The notes under the pieces: model-generated
The model's database searches: none
What the model was told of the DNA's origin: nothing
Seen by the model: the letters and a program-made list of their open reading frames with translations, nothing else
Shown here: one piece after another, positions 49,079 through 59,206 of the stretch
How the letters are laid out: each line of letters opens with the position of its first letter
How positions within the stretch are numbered: the first letter of the stretch is position 1
From: Candidatus Bathyarchaeota archaeon
Lineage (GTDB): Archaea; Thermoproteota; Bathyarchaeia; Hecatellales; Hecatellaceae
Direction of reading: 5' to 3'
DNA length: 64,000 nucleotides
Assembly: GCA_052246995.1 (NCBI GenBank)
Contig: JBQPWD010000003.1
Coordinates: forward strand, 64,001-128,000
Position numbers and translations under genes: made by a program

Positions 49079-50026
49079 TTATGTTAAAATGTTGTTTTTG
49101 AATCTAATCATCCTCCAATTTTTAATGTAATCCTCTACTTGGGGAAGAGTTATAGGCGTAAAATGGGATTGTAATGCAAGCTCTTTTAAAGCATCAAACC
49201 CTAAAACTAAGCCGATAAACTCAGATATGTGGAGAACAGGAAGACTGAGTTTTTTAAATTCTTCATATTTTACAAACTCATCAAAAGTATAAAGACAGGT
49301 TGGACAGGTAACAACAACAAGGTTTGCACCAGTTTCTTTCATAGATTTAAGTTTAGCTTTAGTTATACTAACAGATAAGCTAGGGTTTTTAAGCGATGAA
49401 ACATTAAGCCTTACACCACAGCAAAGATGTTTTTCACCATATTCCACAACCTCTCCACCAAGTGTAGTTATAAGTTCTTCAAGAAAACCTGGATCTTCAG
49501 GATTACCTAAAACTTTTTCAGGAGAGGATTTTACATAATGGCATCCATAATGAACTGCTGCTTTAACTCCTTTAAGATTAATTTTTTGCTTTTCTAGTAT
49601 CCTGTTTTTGGCTTTGTAAAATACTTCGGATACATGAAAGATGTTAACATTCCAATCAGGTTTAACATTAAGTTCAAACAAAACTTTTTCAACTTCACGT
49701 ATAGATGAATTTTCTTTTATGTTTTTTAGTACCCGCAAAAATGTTCCATAGCATGTATCACAAATTGTTACCAGGTTTTTTGAGAATTTTTCTGCAACCC
49801 AAATATTCCACCCTGTAAGTGCTGTAAGAATTTTAAAATCTGCAAATCCTGAAAAATTTGCGAAACTTCCACAGCAAACCTCCTCATAGGAGGTGTAAGG
49901 TGTATAACCTAGATTTTTAAGAGCTTTAAGAGTTGAATACTCAATACCCGGATATCTATTTTTTGTTTGACATCCAAGAAAAATAAAAATGGGTCCCTTA
50001 TCAGGAATTTCCTCGACGCTTTTCAT
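49079..50026 (-). CDS. hdrB: Heterodisulfide reductase subunit B
   Basis: Two CCG domains (FLGC...CCG...C..C; HYGCH...CCG...CP.C). Confidence 0.88.
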   Translation of the reverse strand: MKSVEEIPDKGPIFIFLGCQTKNRYPGIEYSTLKALKNLGYTPYTSYEEVCCGSFANFSGFADFKILTALTGWNIWVAEKFSKNLVTICDTCYGTFLRVLKNIKENSSIREVEKVLFELNVKPDWNVNIFHVSEVFYKAKNRILEKQKINLKGVKAAVHYGCHYVKSSPEKVLGNPEDPGFLEELITTLGGEVVEYGEKHLCCGVRLNVSSLKNPSLSVSITKAKLKSMKETGANLVVVTCPTCLYTFDEFVKYEEFKKLSLPVLHISEFIGLVLGFDALKELALQSHFTPITLPQVEDYIKNWRMIRFKNNILT

Positions 50027-50556
50027 TTGATACCACTCTTATAGTTTAGGCTTAGCTTTGAAAGAAACTCTTCAAATCCAAGTTGTCTTAACATATTCCT
50101 AATTTTTTCTAAAGACTCCTTGGATATTTCTGGTGAAGGGTTGAGCCCGAGAAACCTTCTAATATTTATTCTTCCAAATGGCAGGATTGATCCTGTATTT
50201 AGTAGGTTTTTTGCAACCTCCTCCACTAACTTATAAACATCATTAGCAAAACCCTCTGCCAGCAAGTTTATCCTTAGCTTGATAACAATTTCCGGTAAAG
50301 GTATACTATGGGGACAAAGTTTACTGCAATCAAAACATAAAAAACACTTCCAAGCTACTTCTAAACCATCTTTAGAAGAAGCTAAGTTTTCTTTTCTAAG
50401 CATTTTTAATGAGAGAAGCCTTACATTAAAATCTTTTTGTAAAAATCTTGTTGAAGGACAGACGGAAGAACATAAACCACATTGAAGACAAGTTTTTACA
50501 AGACTGAAAAGTTCTACGCTTTCTCCATTTTTGATAAACTTTTCTTTTGGGGCCAA
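50023..50556 (-). CDS. hdrC: Heterodisulfide reductase subunit C
   Basis: CLQCGLCSSVCP and W.C.LC.DC...CP; overlaps the hdrB start. Confidence 0.85.
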   Translation of the reverse strand: MAPKEKFIKNGESVELFSLVKTCLQCGLCSSVCPSTRFLQKDFNVRLLSLKMLRKENLASSKDGLEVAWKCFLCFDCSKLCPHSIPLPEIVIKLRINLLAEGFANDVYKLVEEVAKNLLNTGSILPFGRINIRRFLGLNPSPEISKESLEKIRNMLRQLGFEEFLSKLSLNYKSGIK

Positions 50557-50638
50557 TATTTACCTATGCTACCTCCAAAAAATTAATTATAGAATCTCCT
50601 AATATGACTTGCTTTAGCTTTAAAGTAAGAAAAAACTG

Positions 50639-51301
50639 CTACTTGAAAAAGTTTAAAACCGACCCCTTCATTCTAAGATACTCTTCACCAATTTCTTCAA
50701 TAATTTTATCAAGATTTTCAGCAGCTTCTTTTGAAACTTTGGGGCCTATCCTTACTGCAAGAAACTCATCACCAAATGGATTTTTATCTAAAATTTTGAA
50801 ACCTGCTCTTCTTACTAAAGAAATAAGCATCCTCTTATATGGCTCTCTTTCCTCTGGTTTGCTGATATCCCAATTTTCAACGGTTCCTCTAGCCAAGACA
50901 ATCTTATCATCAAAAAAACTATCTTTTGATGCAAAATCTACTAACCTTTTTGCTACACCATTTTCTCTCCATTTTTTGCTAACTTCTATTGCAGCATCAT
51001 AAACATAGGAGTAGGTAAAAACTCTTCTACCAATAGAAATTTTAAACTCTTCAACAACGATAAAGCCAACTATAACATTTTCACTTGTATATGCAACTGC
51101 AACGTAGCTTCCATCTTCAACTCTTTTTATAAGCTCTTCCTTCTCCTTTTCGGGGGAATTAAAGTATGTTGTAATACCTTCATCAATCTTCATAGATTTA
51201 AGCCAGTTTGCAGAGGCGCATCTTCCTATGAAGATTTGCGGTTGAGAAGCTTTACTGTATACAGCGGGTTCTGTTGTTAAAGCCTCTCTTACCGCTTCCA
51301 A
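50639..51301 (-). CDS. GNAT acetyltransferase, AcuA-like
   Basis: AIEVS..WR..GVAK.L acetyl-CoA motif; ..NWD and Y..ML......GF resemble AcuA. Confidence 0.65.
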   Translation of the reverse strand: MEAVREALTTEPAVYSKASQPQIFIGRCASANWLKSMKIDEGITTYFNSPEKEKEELIKRVEDGSYVAVAYTSENVIVGFIVVEEFKISIGRRVFTYSYVYDAAIEVSKKWRENGVAKRLVDFASKDSFFDDKIVLARGTVENWDISKPEEREPYKRMLISLVRRAGFKILDKNPFGDEFLAVRIGPKVSKEAAENLDKIIEEIGEEYLRMKGSVLNFFK

Positions 51302-51394
51302 TGTCCCCCTAGGAAATTGTGAAGAACATACGATATATACTTTGTCTTTAAAGATATAGGAGTAAAATAAACAAATATATAAAATTTATAGCTT

Positions 51395-52756
51395 TTAACT
51401 TTCCGATGAAACTTTACTTAAAATTTTATCCAACCTTCCAACCTCAAAAGAGATTTTTAAAGCTGGATTCTTCAAAACTTCAAAAAGAAGGTTGATTTTC
51501 TTTTCAACCTTAACTTTTAAATCCTCAGGAAGATTCCACTCCTCCCTACTAACCCTTGTTGAAGGTTTATAGAGCTCAAGCTCAACCTTAACGATTCGAG
51601 GATAGGTTAATGTGGGAATTGGAGGCTTAACCTCCCTGCCAACAAGTTTTTCAAAAAAACGTATCCTAGCTTTTTCCCAAGGTTTTTCTAAGCTTAAATT
51701 TTTAATGCTATATTCTTCCCTTGAAACTTTAATAACAAGTTCTGGACATGCTTTTTCACATGCACCACAAAAAATGCAGAAATCTTCAACAACATCGATC
51801 TTCTTACCTGTCTTAGGAATGTAGATAACATTTAGGGGGCAAATGTTAAAACAATTTTTACAGCCAACAGGGTCGCATTTTTCAATGTTAACAAAGTTAA
51901 CCTTACCTTTAAATGGTTTTTTAACGTTTATAGCTTCGACAGGGCAAACAGATGCACATAAACCACATTTAACACATTTTTCATCATCCACACTTATTTC
52001 TCCCTCAATTTTTGGTTCAACAATTTTTCTTGGTGAAGAATATTCACATTCAACCCTCAAAGCCTCAGAAGGACAAATTTTTTCACACAAGCCACAATAA
52101 TCACATTTATCTTCATCAATTTTTAAACCTACAGCAGGTTTAAAGTTGGGTGGTTTGGCTTCAACCCAAAAAATCTTTATAGCATCACAAAGCATTTCAC
52201 ATAAGCCACAATAGCAGCATTTATCTTCGTAAAAAGTTATTTTACCTTTAGCTTCAACATTACTTGTTTCATACTTTACAAGTATATCCTTTTTTGGAAC
52301 TTTAACATTAACATCTATAGCCTTTCTTTGGCAAACCTTACTACAAAGGAGACACGGGAGACACTTTTCCTTGTTAAGATTATATTCACCATCAATTTTA
52401 GAGTATTCATCTTCAACCTTTAACCCATTAATACTCATCTTAAAAGAGTTAAAAATGCAAACAGAAACACATAAACCGCAAAAAGTACATTTTTCTCCTT
52501 CAACATTTACTAACGGTGCTTCTTCCAACCTTCCAGCAGCAACTTCAACAACAGGTCCAAGAGTTATAGCATCCCAAGGACAAATTAAACATAAACTGCA
52601 ACCAGTACATTTTCCAACTTCATAATCTAAAACTTTTTTTAGTAAACTGGTTTTCCAGCTATATCTTAAGGTTGAATTTATAATGCTAAACTCTACTATA
52701 GGTTTTTCTTTAAGTTTTTCACTCAAATTGTATATACCCTCCATTAAATCTTGCAA
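51395..52756 (-). CDS. fwdF: Polyferredoxin, FwdF-like
   Basis: About ten CxxCxxC...CP-type motifs; the N-terminal 'KC.GC..C..CP.DAI.LGP' and 'KC.FCG.C...C.F' resemble FwdF. Confidence 0.75.
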   Translation of the reverse strand: MQDLMEGIYNLSEKLKEKPIVEFSIINSTLRYSWKTSLLKKVLDYEVGKCTGCSLCLICPWDAITLGPVVEVAAGRLEEAPLVNVEGEKCTFCGLCVSVCIFNSFKMSINGLKVEDEYSKIDGEYNLNKEKCLPCLLCSKVCQRKAIDVNVKVPKKDILVKYETSNVEAKGKITFYEDKCCYCGLCEMLCDAIKIFWVEAKPPNFKPAVGLKIDEDKCDYCGLCEKICPSEALRVECEYSSPRKIVEPKIEGEISVDDEKCVKCGLCASVCPVEAINVKKPFKGKVNFVNIEKCDPVGCKNCFNICPLNVIYIPKTGKKIDVVEDFCIFCGACEKACPELVIKVSREEYSIKNLSLEKPWEKARIRFFEKLVGREVKPPIPTLTYPRIVKVELELYKPSTRVSREEWNLPEDLKVKVEKKINLLFEVLKNPALKISFEVGRLDKILSKVSSES

Positions 52757-55124
52757 CCTCTAAAAGTTCAGCACCAGTAGGCCCCATCTTTTCAACCCTC
52801 TCAACAAAGCCTGTTATTATTTTAGCTAGCTTTTCACCTTCACCTGCAGACGCACTTGCAATTTGAAGTCTTTCAGGGTTTAAACCTGATGCTTTTAAGA
52901 CTTCCCTAAGCTTTTTAACTCTTTCAGCAGCTTTTTTAAAACCTGTTCTGTAGTGGCAATCGTTTTCATAACAACCAATAATTAAAACACCATCTGCACC
53001 AAGCCTAAATGCCTCTAAAATGTGAAAGATGCTTACTCTAGCTGTACATGGAACTTGAATTATTCTAATGTTTGTTGGATAAGGAATTCGGCTTATTCCA
53101 GCCATGTCTGCAGCAGCATAACCACACCATTTGCAGAGAAAACCAACTATAACAGGTTTTTCTCTTTTATGCTTTAATAAAGCTTCAATCATATTGTGTA
53201 TTTGCTTATCAGTTACAGGTGGGAGGGTTATAGCCTCAACAGGGCAAACAGATGCACATGCACCACAACCCATACATGCAACTTCATTAACAATAATTTT
53301 CTTATCAACCCTGCTTAAGGCGGCATAGTCGCAAGTTTTAACGCAAAGTCCACAACCAGTACATTTCTCAGCGTCTACTATTGGAGATTCAACTTCAAAC
53401 TCTAACTCCTTGGATGAGAGGAGGGAAATGGCTCTTAAGGCTGACAAACCTGCATGAGCAACAGACTGGGTTATATCCTTTGGGCCTTGGACTGTTCCAG
53501 CAATAAAAATTCCCCTTGTAAATGTGTCAGCAGGTCTAAGTTTTGGATGTTCCTCCAAGAAAAATCCATTTTCGTCTAGTGGTATTCTTAAAACCCTTGA
53601 AAGCTCGTAGTTGTCGTTGTTTGCATCGATTCCAACACTTAAAACCACCAAGTCATAATCTTCAAATTTTGCTTCACACGTTAAAGTATCCTCAAAAAAA
53701 ACTCTAAGCTTATCTTTAACCTTAACAACCCTGCCAACCCTACCTCTAATAAACCTTACGCCTGCACTTTGAGTTTTAAGATATGCCTCCTCATGACCTT
53801 TGCCTGAAGCTCTAACATCCGTGTAAAAAACTGTTACATCAATTTCCGGGTGAAGAATTTTAATCTCCATAGCTTGCTTCATAGCATACATACAGCAAAC
53901 ATTACTACAATATATTTTTCCAAGTTTTTGGGACCTGCTTCCAACGCATTGAATAAAGCATATTTTTTTAGGTTTACTACCATCTGATGGACGTAAAAGT
54001 CGACCTTTAGTTGGACCTGTAGGGTTAACAAGTCTTTCAATTTCAGCACCAGTTACTACATCAAGATATCTACCGTAACCATATTGTTCAACTTTTTTAG
54101 GGTCTATGAGCTGAAAACCTGTTGCAACAATTATTGCGCCAACTTTTTCTTCAATCACGTTGTCTTTATCTTCAAAGTTTATTGCTTCTTTATCGCAAAC
54201 TCCGTTACATGCTCTACATCCAACACAATTTTCAACATCAATGTATGGCGCTACTGGAACAGCTTCAGGAAAAGGTTTAACTATGGCTTTCCTTTTTCCC
54301 AGTCCATACTCATACTCGTTTACAACCTCAACCGGACAAACTTCTAAACACTTATCACAACCACTACACTTAGACTCGTCAACGTATCTTGCTTTCCTTA
54401 AAAGTTTAACTTGATAGCTTCCAGCAGCACCTTTAACATCTAAAAGGCTGCATAACGTGTAAACTTTAACGTTTGGATGGTTGTATACCTCAGACATTAA
54501 AGGTCCAAGGATACAGATACTGCAATCCAACGTTGGAAAAACCTTATCCCACTTAGCCATATGCCCACCAAGAAAACCTGTTTTCTCGGCGAGAATAACC
54601 TTTAAACCTGAGTTTGCAAGGTTTAAAGCTGCAGTTATCCCCGCAACACCGCCACCCAAAACTAAAACTTTACGTTCAACAGGAACCTTAATTTTTTTAA
54701 CCTCAACAGCGTTTTTAACGGAAAATATTGCCATTTCAATAAGATCTAAAGCTTTAGTTGTAGCTTTCTCAACATCCTGCCAGTGAACCCAGCTGCACTG
54801 TTCCCTTATGTTTGCAATTTGCAGAAAACCTCTGTTTATACCCGCCTCCTCAACAACTTTTTTAAAAAGTTCCCCATGAAGCCTTGGCGTACATGTTGCT
54901 ACAACAACTCTATTTAATTTTTCGTTTTTAATTACATCCTTAATTTTTTGAAGTCCTGTATCGCTGCATAGATGTATTTCCTCAACCGCTACAACACCTT
55001 CAACATTTGAAAAGTAGTCTATAAGCTTTTTAACATCAACAAATCCTGCAATGTTTGTTCCACAATGACAAATAAAAACACCTATTCTTTTTTCGTCACT
55101 GCTTTTAAGGTTTCTCTCTCTCAC
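52719..55124 (-). CDS. hdrA: HdrA fused to C-terminal MvhD domain
   Basis: IGVFICHCG.NI, NIREQCSWVH, GGGVAG, FPTLDC..CIL, IQCVGSR, CS.VCCMY, GPKDI; C-terminal MvhD GFLC.WCGY.AAD, PC..RV, GADGV...GC...CHY. Confidence 0.93.
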   Translation of the reverse strand: MRERNLKSSDEKRIGVFICHCGTNIAGFVDVKKLIDYFSNVEGVVAVEEIHLCSDTGLQKIKDVIKNEKLNRVVVATCTPRLHGELFKKVVEEAGINRGFLQIANIREQCSWVHWQDVEKATTKALDLIEMAIFSVKNAVEVKKIKVPVERKVLVLGGGVAGITAALNLANSGLKVILAEKTGFLGGHMAKWDKVFPTLDCSICILGPLMSEVYNHPNVKVYTLCSLLDVKGAAGSYQVKLLRKARYVDESKCSGCDKCLEVCPVEVVNEYEYGLGKRKAIVKPFPEAVPVAPYIDVENCVGCRACNGVCDKEAINFEDKDNVIEEKVGAIIVATGFQLIDPKKVEQYGYGRYLDVVTGAEIERLVNPTGPTKGRLLRPSDGSKPKKICFIQCVGSRSQKLGKIYCSNVCCMYAMKQAMEIKILHPEIDVTVFYTDVRASGKGHEEAYLKTQSAGVRFIRGRVGRVVKVKDKLRVFFEDTLTCEAKFEDYDLVVLSVGIDANNDNYELSRVLRIPLDENGFFLEEHPKLRPADTFTRGIFIAGTVQGPKDITQSVAHAGLSALRAISLLSSKELEFEVESPIVDAEKCTGCGLCVKTCDYAALSRVDKKIIVNEVACMGCGACASVCPVEAITLPPVTDKQIHNMIEALLKHKREKPVIVGFLCKWCGYAAADMAGISRIPYPTNIRIIQVPCTARVSIFHILEAFRLGADGVLIIGCYENDCHYRTGFKKAAERVKKLREVLKASGLNPERLQIASASAGEGEKLAKIITGFVERVEKMGPTGAELLEVARFNGGYIQFE

Positions 55125-55214
55125 GAAGTTCTCTCCACCAGTTTTTCATGTTTCAGCTTTAAATTTTAATTGAGATACTTGAATATATTTAAGTAGTTTT
55201 AAAAGTAAGAAAAG

Positions 55215-55706
55215 TTGGGAAGCGTGTCAAGGGAAATGGGTGAAGTTAGAAAAATTACACCTCTTATGGTTTACAGATATCTTCCAGGTGTAAACTGTAA
55301 AAAGTGTGGTTACTCTACATGCATGATGTTTGCATCAAAACTTTTATTAAAGGAGGCAAAAATTGAGGATTGCCCTATACTTTTTGACCAGAAGTATAAG
55401 GAAAAGCTTGAAGGTTTAAGGAATCTTTTAAAACCTTTACTTGAAACTTATGAAACAGGGTTAAAGCTTGATGAAGAAAAATGTACTGGATGTGGTAATT
55501 GTGTTGTTGTATGTCCAGTTAACATCATGATAGACCCTCAAATTGCTAAAGGTTTTGGAACTATGAGCAATGAGGTTATTATGAGGGTTGAAAATGGTAA
55601 ACTCAAAATAATAAACCTTAAAAAATGTAGAAGATTTCCACCAAGCAGGCTTGATTGTAGAGTTTGTGAAGAATTTTGTTATACTGAAGCTATCAAAGTT
55701 TACTAG
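55215..55706 (+). CDS. fwdG: FwdG-like ferredoxin with N-terminal Fe-S (CdhE/RnfB-type) domain
   Basis: LPG.NCKKCGY.TCM.FA...CP, then C.GCGNCVVVCPVN...G.G...RVENG, typical of FwdG. Confidence 0.7.
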   Translation: MGSVSREMGEVRKITPLMVYRYLPGVNCKKCGYSTCMMFASKLLLKEAKIEDCPILFDQKYKEKLEGLRNLLKPLLETYETGLKLDEEKCTGCGNCVVVCPVNIMIDPQIAKGFGTMSNEVIMRVENGKLKIINLKKCRRFPPSRLDCRVCEEFCYTEAIKVY

Positions 55707-55956
55707 TTAATCGTGATAAATATTTTTTATATCGTAAATACTAAAATAATAACATAAATACTAGGAATTGTTTTCGTGTTTGTTTCCGCAATTCAAGAAG
55801 TTTGGAAGCCCAAGTCAATCCTTTTAGAAAGGACAACAGCGGATATCTCCCTGATAGACAGTTAAAGATTTTTTACACACTTTTTCCTCTATCCAGAGGA
55901 CGTGAGAAACCTCAAACTCCAATGTTACGTCAGACTTTTTTCTTCTAAGCATCTCT

Positions 55957-56601
55957 CTACTTTAAGGTTGTTTTTTGCCCTGTTGCAATGTAGATTATAG
56001 ATTTGCAGATGTAGGTTGCGTGGTCAGCTATTCTTTCAAGGTAGTTCATTATTAAAACACTGGAAATTACACACTTGGTTGTGGTGTCCGCTTTTTCAAC
56101 CAGTTTACCGAAGAAGTTGAAATATAATTTATCTACTTCTTTTTCTTTCTCAACTATTCTTTCAGCAAGATGCGGGTCGTAGATTTTAAGGGAGTCTATG
56201 CTTAGCTTAATCATGCTTAAGGCTTTATCTCCAACCTCTTTTATATGTGAGGTTATCCATTGGTTACAGTCTCTTATTCCTCCTACTCGTTTGTTTGTAT
56301 ACGATATGTTTAGGGCATATCTTCCGAAGCGGGCAAAATCATAAGCAATCTTCATGTAAGACTTTATTGTTCTAAGGTCTGAGGCTACTGGTTGAAATCT
56401 TGCAATAAGCTCAAAAGCTTTATCTTCTACGTTGTCTGCCATTGAAATTAGAGTATTTGACATTTCTCGAACTTGGTTGTAGATGTTTCTGCTTTCAAAG
56501 CATTCTAGCATGGTTGTTAAAACAGTTTGGTATGCTAATTCTCCCATTTTCTGGAGGATTGTTGAAAGTTCTTTAAGGCCAGAATCTATCATTCTCCCCA
56601 T
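55957..56601 (-). CDS. phoU: Phosphate transport regulator PhoU
   Basis: LIARFQPVASDLR, LERIADHA..I; last gene of the pst operon. Confidence 0.92.
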   Translation of the reverse strand: MGRMIDSGLKELSTILQKMGELAYQTVLTTMLECFESRNIYNQVREMSNTLISMADNVEDKAFELIARFQPVASDLRTIKSYMKIAYDFARFGRYALNISYTNKRVGGIRDCNQWITSHIKEVGDKALSMIKLSIDSLKIYDPHLAERIVEKEKEVDKLYFNFFGKLVEKADTTTKCVISSVLIMNYLERIADHATYICKSIIYIATGQKTTLK

Positions 56602-56615
56602 GACTTCCTCACCTT

Positions 56616-57374
56616 TTAACCAAACTCTCCGGTTATATATCTTTCTGTCAACTTGTGTTTGGGATTTTCAAAAACCTGTTTTGTTGGGCCATATTCCACT
56701 AGTTCACCAAGATAAATAAATGCTGTATAATCTGAAACTCTCGCTGCTTGTTGCATGTTATGGGTTACAATTACAATAGTGTAGTTTTCAGCCAGTTTTC
56801 TGATAAGAACTTCTATTTTCGCTGTTGCCATGGGATCAAGGGCTGAACATGGTTCATCCATCAATAGGACCTCCGGATTGACAGCTAGAGCGCGTGCTAT
56901 ACAAAGCCTTTGTTGCTGTCCACCAGAGAGGCTAGCTCCGGATTTATTTAAGTCATCTTTAACTTCATCCCAAAGGTTGGCGAGTTCTAAACTTCGCTTG
57001 ACTACTGCATTAATGGTTTTTTTGTCGCGGACTCCATTCAATTTTAAACCTGCTGCTACATTCTCATAGATGGACATCATTGGAAATGGATTTGGTTTTT
57101 GAAAAACCATACCAATTTTTTTCCTTATCGTAACAGGGTCAACACCGTTGCCGTAAATGTTTACACCATTAAATACCACTTTTCCAGAAACGCGGGCATC
57201 AGGGTTTGTTTCATGCATTCGATTAAGACAGCGGATAAGAGTTGTTTTGCCGCATCCGGAAGGTCCTATAACAGCTGTTACGGCATTTTCCTCAATTTTC
57301 ATGTTAATGTTTTTTAATACATGCTTTACACCAAACCACGCGTTTAAATCTTCTATAATAAACTTGGATGCCAT
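56616..57374 (-). CDS. pstB: Phosphate ABC transporter ATPase
   Basis: [41 protein letters not shown]; start corrected to the ATG at 57374, coupled to the pstA stop. Confidence 0.95.
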   Translation of the reverse strand: MASKFIIEDLNAWFGVKHVLKNINMKIEENAVTAVIGPSGCGKTTLIRCLNRMHETNPDARVSGKVVFNGVNIYGNGVDPVTIRKKIGMVFQKPNPFPMMSIYENVAAGLKLNGVRDKKTINAVVKRSLELANLWDEVKDDLNKSGASLSGGQQQRLCIARALAVNPEVLLMDEPCSALDPMATAKIEVLIRKLAENYTIVIVTHNMQQAARVSDYTAFIYLGELVEYGPTKQVFENPKHKLTERYITGEFG

Positions 57375-58213
57375 TAATACTTCTCCCTCGTAAATATTCT
57401 CACAACTATGCTTATTCCTAAAACGATGACTATAAGCACAAATGCAGACCCCCATGCAAGAGCTATCCAGTTTTCGAAGGGCGACGTGGCAAAAACAAAA
57501 ATGTTTAAGGCAAGGTTAGCAGCTGGCCTGTCTAATCCTGCAAACCACCATCTCCAATATCCCATTGTAACTAACACTGGAGCAGATTCTCCAGCTATCC
57601 GTGCAATGGAAAGAAGTATACCTGTAACTATTGCTTTTTTGGCACTGTTAACCACGATTGTGAGGATTGTTTTCCATCTTGGAATTCCAAGGGCAAGAGC
57701 TGCCTCACGGATGCTTAGAGGCACAATTTTTAACGCTTCCTCGGTTGCTCTAGTGACTATTGGAATCATTATGATAGCTAGTGCAAAGGCTGCAGCAATT
57801 ACTGAAAACCCAATCAAACAAACGATTAATGTATAGACAAAAACTCCAATGACTATGGATGGGATACCATTCAAAACGTCATCGAGGAACCTTACAATAG
57901 TAGACAGCTTATGCTCATTATATTCGCTTAAGAAGATGCCTGACATTAATCCTACTGGAATACCTATAAGAGAAGCCAAGCCAACAGTTATCAAAGTACC
58001 CTGTATTGCATTTGCTACACCACCATTCTCTTCACCAACTGTTGGAGTTGGTTTTGTAAAGAAATCGATACTGATTACTAGGCACCCTCTTAAAACTACT
58101 TCATATAGTATGCTAAATAATGGAATTAAAGCTATGATCAGGGCTAGATAAACAAAAAAACGCGCCATGTTGTCTTTGAATACTCTAAACTTATAGTAGT
58201 TTAATTTCTTCAT
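57374..58213 (-). CDS. pstA: Phosphate ABC transporter permease PstA
   Basis: [34 protein letters not shown]. Confidence 0.93.
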   Translation of the reverse strand: MKKLNYYKFRVFKDNMARFFVYLALIIALIPLFSILYEVVLRGCLVISIDFFTKPTPTVGEENGGVANAIQGTLITVGLASLIGIPVGLMSGIFLSEYNEHKLSTIVRFLDDVLNGIPSIVIGVFVYTLIVCLIGFSVIAAAFALAIIMIPIVTRATEEALKIVPLSIREAALALGIPRWKTILTIVVNSAKKAIVTGILLSIARIAGESAPVLVTMGYWRWWFAGLDRPAANLALNIFVFATSPFENWIALAWGSAFVLIVIVLGISIVVRIFTREKY

Positions 58214-59202
58214 TCTTTTGCTATACCTCTAACTAGTTTAAGGGTTCGCCAAACAATTAGCCGCGCAAAAACATTAACTGCCAAGGTTACTAGTAACAAG
58301 ACTAACGCAACATTTATCAACGCGCTAACATGAAGGTCGTACACGGCTTCCAAAAGCTCGTTTGCAATTATTGCCGACATAGTATACCATGCATCAAAAA
58401 GCGAGGACGGCCAAACGTGAAACTTGTTTCCAATAACCATTGTTATTGCCATAGTTTCTCCAATAGCACGCCCCAGTCCCAGAATTACCGCGCCGATAAT
58501 CCCTGAGCGGGCATAGCTAATTACTATTCTAGTGGTTTCCCATTTTGTGGCGCCAAGGGCTATCATTGCCTCTCGTTGAGCGTTTGGTACTGCTGAAAAA
58601 AGGTCTCGCATTACAGCGGAAACTGTTGGAGTAATCATTATCGCTAAAACCATTCCGCCTGTAAGAAAACCACCCCCATAAATAGGTCCAGAAAACATTG
58701 GAATGAACCCGAAAAGTGTTTGTATATGTGAATAAACGTTTTCGCGTAAAAACGGTATCAGAACAAATATTCCCCAAAGCCCGTAGATAACGCTTGGGAC
58801 GGCGGCTAAAAGCTCCACTAGAAAAGAAACCACGAATCCGAATTTTCTAGGCATATACTCGGAAAGGGCTAAGCTTACTCCAAGGCTTATAGGTACACCT
58901 ATAAGAAGCGCTAAGGCTGAGGTAACAATCGTACCCAATATTAATGGTAACGTCCCAAAAACTTGGAATACAGGATCCCACTTAATGCCCAAAAGAAAGC
59001 TTATTCCAAAAGTTTGTATGGAAAGCCATGATCCTTTAACAAGCTCATAAACAATCATACTTAAAAGCACAAGGATGCTGGAGGCGAATAAGGCGCATAT
59101 AAGCTTAAAGAATTGGTCGCCTTTGAAATGGTTGTTTGAAATTGAAAACGATTTAAGCTTTAGATTGTGAAAAAAAGTATTTTTTAAAGAATGTTTCTTC
59201 AT
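58210..59202 (-). CDS. pstC: Phosphate ABC transporter permease PstC
   Basis: WDP, VELLAAVPSVIYGLWG, ALGATKWE, GRAIGETMA; start taken at ATG 59202 to avoid overlap with pstS. Confidence 0.93.
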   Translation of the reverse strand: MKKHSLKNTFFHNLKLKSFSISNNHFKGDQFFKLICALFASSILVLLSMIVYELVKGSWLSIQTFGISFLLGIKWDPVFQVFGTLPLILGTIVTSALALLIGVPISLGVSLALSEYMPRKFGFVVSFLVELLAAVPSVIYGLWGIFVLIPFLRENVYSHIQTLFGFIPMFSGPIYGGGFLTGGMVLAIMITPTVSAVMRDLFSAVPNAQREAMIALGATKWETTRIVISYARSGIIGAVILGLGRAIGETMAITMVIGNKFHVWPSSLFDAWYTMSAIIANELLEAVYDLHVSALINVALVLLLVTLAVNVFARLIVWRTLKLVRGIAKE

Positions 59203-59206
59203 TTTA

